This document shows, one piece after another, positions 1-7,965 of a DNA stretch of 23,620 bases. The notes under the pieces were generated by a model. That model saw nothing but the letters and a program-made list of their open reading frames with translations. It searched no databases and was not told the DNA's origin. Source of the DNA: Azospirillum sp. CAG:239 (GTDB taxonomy: Bacteria > Bacteroidota > Bacteroidia > Bacteroidales > Paludibacteraceae). The position numbers and the translations under genes are program-made. Positions within the stretch are counted from its first letter, which is position 1. Every line of letters starts with the position of its first letter. Location of the stretch: the NCBI GenBank assembly GCA_963619585.1, contig CAVEXR010000032.1:1-23620 (forward strand), written 5' to 3'.

Positions 1-1666
1 AGAACATCTGTCGCATATCTGTAACGCTGCTCACATCCCACCTGCCGCAGTCAAGCGTCTGTAAGGAGTAGCAGGAGTAGAACATAGAGTTCATAGTCGT
101 AACGCTGCTCACATCCCACTTGCCGCAGTCAAGCGTCTGTAAGGATTGACAATTGCAGAACATACTCTGCATATTCGTAACGCTGCTCACATCCCACTTG
201 CCGCAGTCAAGCGTCTGTAAGGAGGTGCAATTGTAGAACATAGAGTTCATAGTCGTGCGCCCCTTAATCTCTATCTCGGGTATGCCCTCGATTTTTCGAA
301 TTTTCCACCAATTATAAAAGCGTATATTAGCTCTCTGCAACGCTCCTTCGGGGAAATAGACATACTCGGCGTTATAGCAGTTATCTCCATATGTTATTAT
401 GTGTCTGCCATACGGGTCGAAAGCGAGGTTCGCAACTCGGATATCTACAGCGTTTGCTCCCGGATTAACTTCCATCGCCGTCATCACTTTTCCGTTGAAA
501 GTGCCTGTGCCTTGATACCAACGCCCTTTAAGGTCGTTGACGGATATATTCCTGTAATAAGTGCCGTAATACACGTTATCTACCTTTTTAATTATATATC
601 GATAAGAGTGTACAAGCCAACGAATACTGAAGAAATAGGCACTTGTTAGAGAGCCAGTTTTATGCCACAGCGGGCAGCCGTTGGTATAGGCTTTATTCTT
701 ATCGGCTATATAGCCCGTAACAACTTCGGTAGGGAATACTTGCGTATGGTTATCAACCCCCTCTGCTTGCGCAGGCGGCACAACCTCGATAACATAACTA
801 CCCTTGTTGTAGATATGCGTAGCCGACTGCTCGATACTCTCTACCGCAGAGCCATCTCCCCAATCAACGATATACGGGTCATCGAACTTGTTGGTATAAC
901 CCAAATAGAACTCTGTGCCGTCAACTAAAATATCGATATGTATTTTCTCAGTATCGCTTTCGTAGCGGCATACGACATCCAGTGCTTTCTTGGTCGTCCT
1001 GATATCCTCGAGCGTCTCCGACCAGCCGCAGTGAGTCAGTCCTAAAGAACTATAATCGGGCGGTGTAGGGTAATCAATAGTCGCTACCTCGTCTTCATCG
1101 TAGGCAGCGAGGATGTTTCCCATAAAATCCCAAAAAGTTACATATTTAGGACGCAACGCGGACACGGGAATAGGCACATCGACACTCACTTTATCGTAAT
1201 CGTATACATCGTAATCGCCGTTGTTTTTTATTTTCAATTGACGAGCGGCGAATAACTCGTCATCCGCGCAAGTCATCTCATTAGGTACACTTGCGGCAAA
1301 TTCGGCATAACACCCTGCACAAAGGTCATTGAACTTCTGCGTCCACATCGTGAAAGTCGAGACCCTGATATTCACGCCATACTCACGCAAACGCTCCAAA
1401 ATCTGCAAGAGCGTAGTCTTGCATAGGCTCTGCACCTCTAATTTATTGCCGCCGTCATCCGTCAAACGGTCAGTGGCGAATAAATTAAAGGTATATTCGG
1501 TTGCGTCATCTCCCTGCGTTGACCGCAACGCAGTAAGCACCACATTGACATACCTTCTCTCCCCGCTATTCTCAAACTCGTAAATATCACCATAATGGAC
1601 TTCTTGCACAAACTCATGGGCTTGCGCAACGCTCAAAATCTTATTGACTAATTGGAAATAATTCAT
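1..1666 (-). CDS. virion-associated protein with C-terminal DUF285/BspA-family leucine-rich repeats (3' end runs off the window)
   Basis: Absent from the ORF track because there is no stop codon in the window. Hand translation of the reverse strand from the ATG at 1666..1664 is open for 555 codons down to position 1. It begins MNYFQLVNKILSVAQAHEF. It contains IVDWGDGS...THIYNKGSYVIEV (PKD-like signature). It ends in three 26-aa repeats MFxxCxSLQTLDCGKWDVSSVTxMxS. Confidence 0.75.
   Translation of the reverse strand, partial: MNYFQLVNKILSVAQAHEFVQEVHYGDIYEFENSGERRYVNVVLTALRSTQGDDATEYTFNLFATDRLTDDGGNKLEVQSLCKTTLLQILERLREYGVNIRVSTFTMWTQKFNDLCAGCYAEFAASVPNEMTCADDELFAARQLKIKNNGDYDVYDYDKVSVDVPIPVSALRPKYVTFWDFMGNILAAYDEDEVATIDYPTPPDYSSLGLTHCGWSETLEDIRTTKKALDVVCRYESDTEKIHIDILVDGTEFYLGYTNKFDDPYIVDWGDGSAVESIEQSATHIYNKGSYVIEVVPPAQAEGVDNHTQVFPTEVVTGYIADKNKAYTNGCPLWHKTGSLTSAYFFSIRWLVHSYRYIIKKVDNVYYGTYYRNISVNDLKGRWYQGTGTFNGKVMTAMEVNPGANAVDIRVANLAFDPYGRHIITYGDNCYNAEYVYFPEGALQRANIRFYNWWKIRKIEGIPEIEIKGRTTMNSMFYNCTSLQTLDCGKWDVSSVTNMQSMFCNCQSLQTLDCGKWDVSSVTTMNSMFYSCYSLQTLDCGRWDVSSVTDMRQMF
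21..254 (-). repeat. three tandem 78-nt coding repeats (26-aa LRR units)
   Basis: Units start at 21, 99 and 177. A 48-nt core, gtaacgctgctcacatcccacYtgccgcagtcaagcgtctgtaagga, is identical in all three except one C/T. The remaining ~30 nt of each unit differ. Confidence 0.95.
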
Positions 1667-1668
1667 AA

Positions 1669-2205
1669 TCATTTATACAAATAGTCGTTACAATAATGCG
1701 TGTCGTCGAACACTATGCCGCATCGCTGCGGCTCTTGCGCCCCCTCACAATTGACAAATTGGTGGTACTCGGGAAATTTAGCCGAATTGTGACAGAGATA
1801 ATCCCGCATTTTCGTAGCGTACGCGTCTGCATAATTCGCCATTTGACGCTGTAAGGTCTGCGAGTTGGTAAAATCAAGCGTTGACCGCTGCGTGTCGTTA
1901 TTCACGCTCACACCCGCATTCTGCAACTTGTAATTGATAGCGGGTATCACATTCGCCGACACAGACCACACTAAATAATTCGTGACATATTGGTCAAGCA
2001 AATACTTGTAATTCGTAGCCGTCGAAATATCACCACTCGCCACTAATTCGCATAACTTAGTGACAAGTGCGGGCCCTATAATGTTAGTAAGGTCTAAATC
2101 TTGCGCCAAACAAATCGACGGGTACAAATATACGCCATCCAAATTGCTACCCAAAAGGCTCTGCTTTTTGAGCGTTTCCTCCGAGATTAAAAGTACTTTT
2201 TCCAT
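1669..2205 (-). CDS. hypothetical virion protein (possible head-tail connector/adaptor)
   Basis: 178-aa ORF with ATG at 2205, lying 3 nt after the portal stop. The N-terminus (ISEETLKKQSLLGSNLDGVYLYPSICLAQDLDL..IIGPAL) resembles gp6-type connector proteins. Its position between the portal and the next structural gene fits that role. Confidence 0.4.
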   Translation of the reverse strand: MEKVLLISEETLKKQSLLGSNLDGVYLYPSICLAQDLDLTNIIGPALVTKLCELVASGDISTATNYKYLLDQYVTNYLVWSVSANVIPAINYKLQNAGVSVNNDTQRSTLDFTNSQTLQRQMANYADAYATKMRDYLCHNSAKFPEYHQFVNCEGAQEPQRCGIVFDDTHYCNDYLYK

Positions 2206-2208
2206 AAT

Positions 2209-3222
2209 TTATTCCCCCCAGTCAATGACAAATTTGTTAAACGAAATAGAAATGCCCAAATCCTCGATACAATTTATCATCATGGCTTGTATGGGCTTTA
2301 TAACTGTGGCGTAAAAAAGCGCAAAAGCCTGCTCGAACTCCTCCTTCGAGAAACCCGTTGTTACATTCTTTCCGCATAAAATAGGGTTCATCCGAAATGC
2401 CACAAAGATATCCTCGACCGCACTATTCGCCAAATTTTGATACAAGTCGCCAGCGTTGTCGGGCGTTAGCCGCTCAATCTTGACCTCTCCGTCAGCGTTG
2501 GCGTTGTTGATAAGCAACACTTTCCCAGCGTTGTCAGTACCCGTGTATTCCCCCTCCAACTGCTTCTTTATCTCTTTTAGTTCGGCAGCCTTAATGGATG
2601 TGCCGTTGAGCGACACCACCACAGAGCCTGCGAAGTTGTTTTCGAGGTTGTGCAAGTGGTAATTCCGAGTGTTGTTCAAAATCTCAATAGACTTCAACGC
2701 CGACACATACATCGGAATAGGGTTTATATGCCGTGTAATCTTGCCCCGATAGTAGTAGAGGAAGTGCGTCTGTTTTGCGTCTGCGTCAAACAGAGGCAGC
2801 GAAACGAGGCTCTTTGGCTTCCATTTGCCCCACTCGCTCGAAATATAGGCTGTAGTCAATTCCTCATCCACCCGCACCCATTGCACATCAATGTGGTTAA
2901 GTTGCACGATATCGCCGTTAGCCGACCGCAACCCCTCCAACGCAAAGCCGCCGAAAAGTATATAATCAAAAATGCAGCGGGAAAGGTCATCCTCCGTCAG
3001 CACAACGCTATTCGAGATGTTAATATCACATCCCATTGTGTAGTCTGCGATGTTGTTGACCACCGATTGCAAGTTGGAGTTCAACAGGTACATCTCATAT
3101 AGGTATTGCGGGAATTTGTTATCCTCACCCCACAACACATAATCTTTGCCTCCTTTATAATCAAAGGAGGTAGGCGTTTCGCTTTTTTTGTAATTGATAC
3201 AACTAAAATTCAAATCATCCAT
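2209..3222 (-). CDS. portal protein
   Basis: ORF-track entry 2209..3291 starts at a TTG. The ATG at 3222 (MDDLNFSC...) overlaps the upstream stop as ATGGATGA. WGEDNKFPQYLYEMYLLNSNLQSVVNNIADYTMG is a portal-like N-terminal signature. Size is about 337 aa. Confidence 0.6.
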   Translation of the reverse strand: MDDLNFSCINYKKSETPTSFDYKGGKDYVLWGEDNKFPQYLYEMYLLNSNLQSVVNNIADYTMGCDINISNSVVLTEDDLSRCIFDYILFGGFALEGLRSANGDIVQLNHIDVQWVRVDEELTTAYISSEWGKWKPKSLVSLPLFDADAKQTHFLYYYRGKITRHINPIPMYVSALKSIEILNNTRNYHLHNLENNFAGSVVVSLNGTSIKAAELKEIKKQLEGEYTGTDNAGKVLLINNANADGEVKIERLTPDNAGDLYQNLANSAVEDIFVAFRMNPILCGKNVTTGFSKEEFEQAFALFYATVIKPIQAMMINCIEDLGISISFNKFVIDWGE

Positions 3223-3508
3223 TGTATGCCGTGATATTGTGTTCCTGATTATATTGCGTATTCGACCGCTCAAACTCCCCAAACTGCGCAAGCATGGCGC
3301 AAATCACATCCCCAGCCTCGTTCAACAATTGCGCATCAAATTGCGAAATTGGCAACTCCTCCTCAATCGTTACCTCGTACCAGTTGCCCTTATCGGTTAC
3401 AGGGTATAGGTATTCTTTTTTCGTGATTTGGTCAATTAGCCGCAAATTTACGGCTACTTCCGCCGAAATTGTGGGTATTTTGGTCGTATTTAGGCTCAAA
3501 TATAGCAT
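3215..3508 (-). CDS. hypothetical structural-module protein
   Basis: ATG at 3508 (MLYLSLNTTK...), 97 aa. The longer track ORF (to 3568) would run into the upstream terminator hairpin. No recognisable motif. Confidence 0.5.
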   Translation of the reverse strand: MLYLSLNTTKIPTISAEVAVNLRLIDQITKKEYLYPVTDKGNWYEVTIEEELPISQFDAQLLNEAGDVICAMLAQFGEFERSNTQYNQEHNITAYNG

Positions 3509-3535
3509 AATTCGTTCCTCTCTATAATTATATAT

Positions 3536-3571
3536 AAAAAACGGGCACTCGTGTTCACACACAAGCACCCG
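3536..3571 (-). terminator. rho-independent terminator after the tail tube gene
   Basis: Minus-strand RNA forms CGGGUGCUUGUGU-GUGA-ACACGAGUGCCCG, a 13-bp stem with 3 G-U pairs. It is followed by UUUUUU (plus-strand a-run 3536..3541). Confidence 0.6.
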
Positions 3572-3595
3572 CCCACCAAACCAAATACACAGAAA

Positions 3596-4147
3596 CTAAG
3601 CCAACAAGTCGTCGATGCTCACTTTCTCGCTATCTATAAAATGCGGGAATTCGCCTGCTATCTCCTCGAAAGTCAGGGTAAAACCGCTCAAATCTGTATT
3701 CGTCGTGCCAGACTGCATAACAGCGTCAGTTATAAACGCTTCGTTTCGCCCATCACCAGCACCCAAAAGCAGATAGCCGCCGTACATATCTTTGACGATA
3801 ACGGCACAGCCTGCGTTGATAGCCGACTGAATAGCCAGACGCTTGTTTGCCTCTGCCTTCGAGAATTGCAGCGTCACATCCGTGGTAACTGTGGAATTGC
3901 CCGTTGTTAAATCGCCCGCACGGGTTGAGGTATAAGCACCCGTATTCGGGCGGAATTGCCACTTTTGGAATTTGACACTATCCGAAAGTGTGATAGCCGT
4001 AATCAAATCGGAAGTGTCGTCAACGGTCACGCTCGTGACATAATCGCTCGGAATGAGATATATCTCCTTTATTCCGCCGATAGAGCCGTCGCACTTTGCA
4101 TTTATTGCGGTAATTGTTACCGCCCCGCAACTATTGTAATCACTCAT
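3596..4147 (-). CDS. major tail (tube) protein
   Basis: ATG at 4147 (MSDYNSCGAV...); the track start at 4174 is a TTG inside the terminator tail. GGIKEIYLIPSDYV, VIVKDMYGGYLLLGAGDG and TDLSGFTLTF match the recurring pattern of siphovirus-type tube proteins. The gene is bracketed by terminators. Confidence 0.5.
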   Translation of the reverse strand: MSDYNSCGAVTITAINAKCDGSIGGIKEIYLIPSDYVTSVTVDDTSDLITAITLSDSVKFQKWQFRPNTGAYTSTRAGDLTTGNSTVTTDVTLQFSKAEANKRLAIQSAINAGCAVIVKDMYGGYLLLGAGDGRNEAFITDAVMQSGTTNTDLSGFTLTFEEIAGEFPHFIDSEKVSIDDLLA

Positions 4148-4170
4148 AATCGTATTCTTTTGATTGTTTA

Positions 4171-4202
4171 ACAAAAGAGGGCAGGCAGACCGCCCGCCCT
4201 CC
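4171..4202 (-). terminator. rho-independent terminator/attenuator after the major capsid gene
   Basis: 10-bp GC-rich stem (4177..4186 pairs with 4192..4201, one G-U pair) with a 5-nt loop. It is followed on the minus strand by UUUUGUU. Confidence 0.6.
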
Positions 4203-4225
4203 GTTTAATCTCTAAGCCGTTAGGC

Positions 4226-5140
4226 TCACTTCGCAATCGCAATCAAGTCAGGGTATGCAACCTGAACGCCAGCAACGAACGAAACAGCCAGACGGAACTC
4301 GTCATTATCTTGCGAATACCACAAGTCGAACTTCTCGTCGTCGTCTGCGAGGTCTACGCCATAAACGAAATTCTCACGATAAGACGCAACGGCTTTCAGG
4401 CTCGCACCGTCAAGACCCGCAACCGGAATAACACGCACATTGGTACCCGGAATAAGAACGCTATCAGGCATTGCGACATCGTTCACCGTGTTGGTGATAA
4501 CGAGGTTGCCGTTTGCAATCAATTCTTGGATATACTTGCGGTAGTTAGCACCGGAGATGTACATCACAACCTCGCCACGCTCAAATACAGCGTCAGGAAT
4601 AAGGGCGTAGGTTTCATTGATAATCTTGGTAACAGTGTCGGAAGCGGTGGAGGTGTAAGTACCTGCAACGGTAGCCGCTGCAATAGTCTTGCACAAGCCG
4701 TCAAACTGCTTCAGGTTAGCGTCATCCGAAGTGGTATCGCCCTGCCACATAGCCTTCTCAAGTTTAGCCTTGATAGACTCGATAGCGTTATTAACGAAAT
4801 CCTCCTCAAACGGCAAGTTCTTTTGACCAGCTGCGACACGAACCTCATAGTTAGTCCAGTATTTCAGGAGTTGATTTTGGCAATACGACATCTGAACCTT
4901 TATCACGCCCGGCGTCAAAATACGCTGCGATAGTTCAGCCGTGCCAGCCTCTGTCCAACCGCACGCCGTGCCGTCAGCAAAGGTTACATCGGTATTCAAC
5001 AAGTTCAGTGCGGTAGCACCTTTCACGCCCGTCATAAGGGCAAACTCTTTCGCAGAACGGTTACCAACAACGGCTTTGCGAATTAACGGAAGTCTTTGCT
5101 CATCAACAAAAGCAGTAAGACTGGAAGTTTTGATACTCAT
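4226..5140 (-). CDS. major capsid protein (HK97-fold type)
   Basis: ATG at 5140 (MSIKTSSL...), 304 aa. It follows protease and scaffold genes. LIRKAVVGNRSAKEFALMTGVKGATALNLLNTDVTFADGTACGW is a typical major-capsid N-terminal region. Confidence 0.75.
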   Translation of the reverse strand: MSIKTSSLTAFVDEQRLPLIRKAVVGNRSAKEFALMTGVKGATALNLLNTDVTFADGTACGWTEAGTAELSQRILTPGVIKVQMSYCQNQLLKYWTNYEVRVAAGQKNLPFEEDFVNNAIESIKAKLEKAMWQGDTTSDDANLKQFDGLCKTIAAATVAGTYTSTASDTVTKIINETYALIPDAVFERGEVVMYISGANYRKYIQELIANGNLVITNTVNDVAMPDSVLIPGTNVRVIPVAGLDGASLKAVASYRENFVYGVDLADDDEKFDLWYSQDNDEFRLAVSFVAGVQVAYPDLIAIAK

Positions 5141-5165
5141 AATTGTCAAAATTTTTATTGGTTAC

Positions 5166-5663
5166 TTATTCAAAATACTTTTTTGCGCCCTTTTTCTCGG
5201 CTTTGATACTTTGGGCACTCAATTGCTCCTCGATAGGCTCGTCAACGGGCTTGTTTTTGAGTTGCTCAATCTCGGCGGTGAGTTCCTCAATCTTTGCGTC
5301 TTTTTCAGCCACAGCGGCTTCCAATTCAGCCACACGGGCTTTTAATTGCTCTTTCTCCTCATCTACCGCAGGTGCCTCCTCCGGTGTCGTGGTTTCCACC
5401 TCCAACTCCTCTGCCGGCTCTTCCTCTGCGGGTAACTCGATAGGCGCAATCTCGGCAACCTTTCCGCCCTCAATTTTAATAACATCTGTTTCGGTCTTAT
5501 ACTCGCCATCCTCAGCGGCAACGACCTCTCCGTCAGCGTTAATCAATTGCACCTCAACGCCGACCTCCAAATCGCCGTCGGACACAAGAACGCCCTTGTC
5601 TGTCGGCACTTCTGCAAATTTCAAAAGCAGGTGCGCCAATTTGAAAAGTTTTGTTTTGTCCAT
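5166..5663 (-). CDS. scaffolding protein
   Basis: 165 aa, highly acidic. The C-terminal half is coiled-coil-like (EKEQLKARVAELEAAVAEKDAKIEELTAEIEQLK). It lies between the protease and the capsid gene. Confidence 0.55.
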   Translation of the reverse strand: MDKTKLFKLAHLLLKFAEVPTDKGVLVSDGDLEVGVEVQLINADGEVVAAEDGEYKTETDVIKIEGGKVAEIAPIELPAEEEPAEELEVETTTPEEAPAVDEEKEQLKARVAELEAAVAEKDAKIEELTAEIEQLKNKPVDEPIEEQLSAQSIKAEKKGAKKYFE

Positions 5664-5665
5664 AA

Positions 5666-6214
5666 TTAAGAAATTATATCGTTTATAAATTGGTCAAACT
5701 CCGAGAGGGCGACCGCCTGCGGTCTTTCAACAGTCGAAACAGAGCACTCAATGCTGAACCCCTTACACTTACCACACTTCAAGTCCGCCCACACATCGTC
5801 ATTCTCTATTTTCAACGCCACAAACCAACTGCCATTCGCCACATTCTCGAACCCTTTGGGCTGCAAGCCCTCACGCTTGAAAAAACTCTCTACCAATACC
5901 ACCCCATCCAACGGCACTCCGTTGTGTTCCTCCGAAAATCTGCCGCCTTTGGTCATAAATGAAAGAACCAAATCTTTAATCACATCCGCGCCAAAGACCA
6001 CATAATACAAAGAGCCGTCGGGGTTTTGGCGAATAATAGGCTTGTCGGCAACCATCGCTGCACCAAAGGCTATTCGCTTTTCCTCATCAATTGCAAAACG
6101 CATTTCCGTCTGTTCAGAGAAAAGCATAAAATCAACCTCCACGGCGGGGCGCTCAACGAGGGAGAGGCAACCCATCTCCCCAGCCACTACATCATATATC
6201 GGTAATTTTTCCAT
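5666..6214 (-). CDS. prohead protease, XkdF-like
   Basis: 182 aa. LSLVERPAVEVDF ... VVLVESFF ... GSWFVALKIENDDVWADLKCGKCKGFSIE matches the XkdF-type serine protease pattern. It sits immediately upstream of the scaffold gene. Confidence 0.55.
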   Translation of the reverse strand: MEKLPIYDVVAGEMGCLSLVERPAVEVDFMLFSEQTEMRFAIDEEKRIAFGAAMVADKPIIRQNPDGSLYYVVFGADVIKDLVLSFMTKGGRFSEEHNGVPLDGVVLVESFFKREGLQPKGFENVANGSWFVALKIENDDVWADLKCGKCKGFSIECSVSTVERPQAVALSEFDQFINDIIS

Positions 6215-6238
6215 CGCTCTATAATAATATATAAAAAA

Positions 6239-7957
6239 TCAATATCGGTTTTCACTTTCTTGCACATTGACCCGTTTTGTCGTGTCCGAAATATCGCTCT
6301 CCACGACATAAACACGGCTATCTCCTATGCTGCTTTCTATGTTTGCAGAATCGACCGCCTGCGTGTATTGCTGCGGCTGCGTCAGCGTTGAGGACACGGC
6401 GGCAGAACTCAAAGACGCTGAACTGCTGCCCTCACTATTGTATTTCTGCTTCGATATATTCGCAATCTGAGCCGCACCACTTGCCGCAATAGATGCAGCC
6501 TGAATAACAGCCAACGCAATATCCCACGGACCCGTCTTTGTCGTGAAAGCACCACTCAACGCCGTAGTTATACCCACCATCATCTGAATAGTAGCCGCCG
6601 AAATCTGCATAGCCTTCATCGCCTTGAATTGCTTCTCATTCGTTTCATCCATCGTTGAGGCGACGGAGTTTAGTATATCGGCTATGCCCGTGGCGGCAGA
6701 CATAGACATCTGCAACTTGTATTGCTTTTCCTCTTTCGCTAATTTCTTGACGGCGGCACTATACTGCTCTTGCGAAAGCAAGCCCTCGTCGAGCGACTGC
6801 CTCAGGTCGTCGAGTTTGGCTTGTTGATTCGCCTGAAAAGCGGAGTAGTCTGCCATCTCCAACTCCATAATGGAGTTGTAATAATTTTGCGCCTCCGTCA
6901 ATTTTGCCCCCCAGCCGTCATCCTCCTCTGCCTCTCTCTCTGCGTCAGGCGCGTCAGGTGCTTGCGGGCGTTGAACGCCACGACCACGACCGCCCTCGAC
7001 AAGGTCTTGCAATAGAGCCGAATCTGCCAATCGCTGCTGTTCCTGCTCGTAGGCTTTCAAATACGCCTCAATAGACGCTCTTGCACGGGCTGCGGCATTC
7101 GCCTTATCTTGCTCGATAAGGCTCTCATTGAAAGCGTCTGCCGCCTTTGTGCCAATTTCTCTATAAGCATCCACCACTCCTTGACCGCTCGCCACAATCG
7201 TATCCTTACTTGCCGCCGTGGCGGCTTTCAGTTTATCAAGCATTGAGCCCTCCTCCTCTGTGAACGCCCGAACCGCCGCCACAATCGTTTTGAACGGCGT
7301 AACGACTGCCGTGGTGATAGTCTTGCCGAGTGCCACAATAGTCTGTTTAAGAGCCTCCCACGCCGCTTGCAAGCCCGCAATAGCCGTCTTTGTAATCTTT
7401 GAGGTATCGACAAACTTATTCATCCACGCCACAATCTTTTCCCAATTCTCTACAACCAACCCCAAAGCCACCACAAGCGCACCAATACCAGTGGCAACAA
7501 TTGCGCCTTTCAGCCCTTTGAAAGACGCTGTGGCAGCCTTTACGGCGACCTTTACCCCCTGAAAGCCTTGGCTAAGGTCTTTGAGGGAGGAAATGCCCTG
7601 CGAAAAAGCCATTAACTGCTGCAACTTGGCTATTCCCGCAACCACATTCTCATTCTCCACGCCCATCAACTGCATAGCAGCCGTGGCGGCTGTGATACCG
7701 CCCGTCAGCGAACCCGTTACCTTTGCAAGATTTTCTCCAAAGCCCTGAAAGCCTTTCGACATTGCGTCTGTCGTTTGGTTGAATCGGTCAATTTGACCTT
7801 TCGCCGCCGCCGCCTTTTTCTGCAACTCGTTGAACGCCTGCGAACCAACCTCTACCTGCTTTAACTGCTCGGTCGTTTCTTGCAACTCCTTTTCGAGGTC
7901 TGCAATAGATTTGACCGCCTTTTTCGTGTCGATAGACACGCTATAAACTTCCGCCAT
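6239..7957 (-). CDS. tape-measure-like protein
   Basis: 572 aa, Ala/Gln-rich with coiled-coil character. It has hydrophobic segments (GAIVATGIGALVVALGLVV; ALAVIQAASIAASGAAQIA), as is typical of tape-measure proteins. Confidence 0.55.
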   Translation of the reverse strand: MAEVYSVSIDTKKAVKSIADLEKELQETTEQLKQVEVGSQAFNELQKKAAAAKGQIDRFNQTTDAMSKGFQGFGENLAKVTGSLTGGITAATAAMQLMGVENENVVAGIAKLQQLMAFSQGISSLKDLSQGFQGVKVAVKAATASFKGLKGAIVATGIGALVVALGLVVENWEKIVAWMNKFVDTSKITKTAIAGLQAAWEALKQTIVALGKTITTAVVTPFKTIVAAVRAFTEEEGSMLDKLKAATAASKDTIVASGQGVVDAYREIGTKAADAFNESLIEQDKANAAARARASIEAYLKAYEQEQQRLADSALLQDLVEGGRGRGVQRPQAPDAPDAEREAEEDDGWGAKLTEAQNYYNSIMELEMADYSAFQANQQAKLDDLRQSLDEGLLSQEQYSAAVKKLAKEEKQYKLQMSMSAATGIADILNSVASTMDETNEKQFKAMKAMQISAATIQMMVGITTALSGAFTTKTGPWDIALAVIQAASIAASGAAQIANISKQKYNSEGSSSASLSSAAVSSTLTQPQQYTQAVDSANIESSIGDSRVYVVESDISDTTKRVNVQESENRY

Positions 7958-7965
7958 ATTCGTAA

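Noticed and set aside
1-254. The regularly spaced near-identical repeats at the left edge could look like a CRISPR array or a DGR template/variable repeat pair.
   Set aside because: The period is 78 nt with a 48-nt conserved and 30-nt variable part, all inside one open reading frame encoding 26-aa LRR units. No cas genes or reverse transcriptase are in the window, and the differences between units involve all base types and are not adenine-specific.
2209-3291. Longer track versions of several genes (portal from 3291, tube from 4174, capsid from 5149, 887-aa from 10629, helicase from 22070, primase from 22875, sigma-like from 16757 and 16396).
   Set aside because: Where I checked the codon (3291, 4174, 5149, 16396), the upstream start is a TTG. 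All of these longer versions create long overlaps with the preceding gene or run into terminators or promoter-like sequence. ATG codons placed at ATGA, TAATG or 1 to 5 nt junctions give more parsimonious starts.
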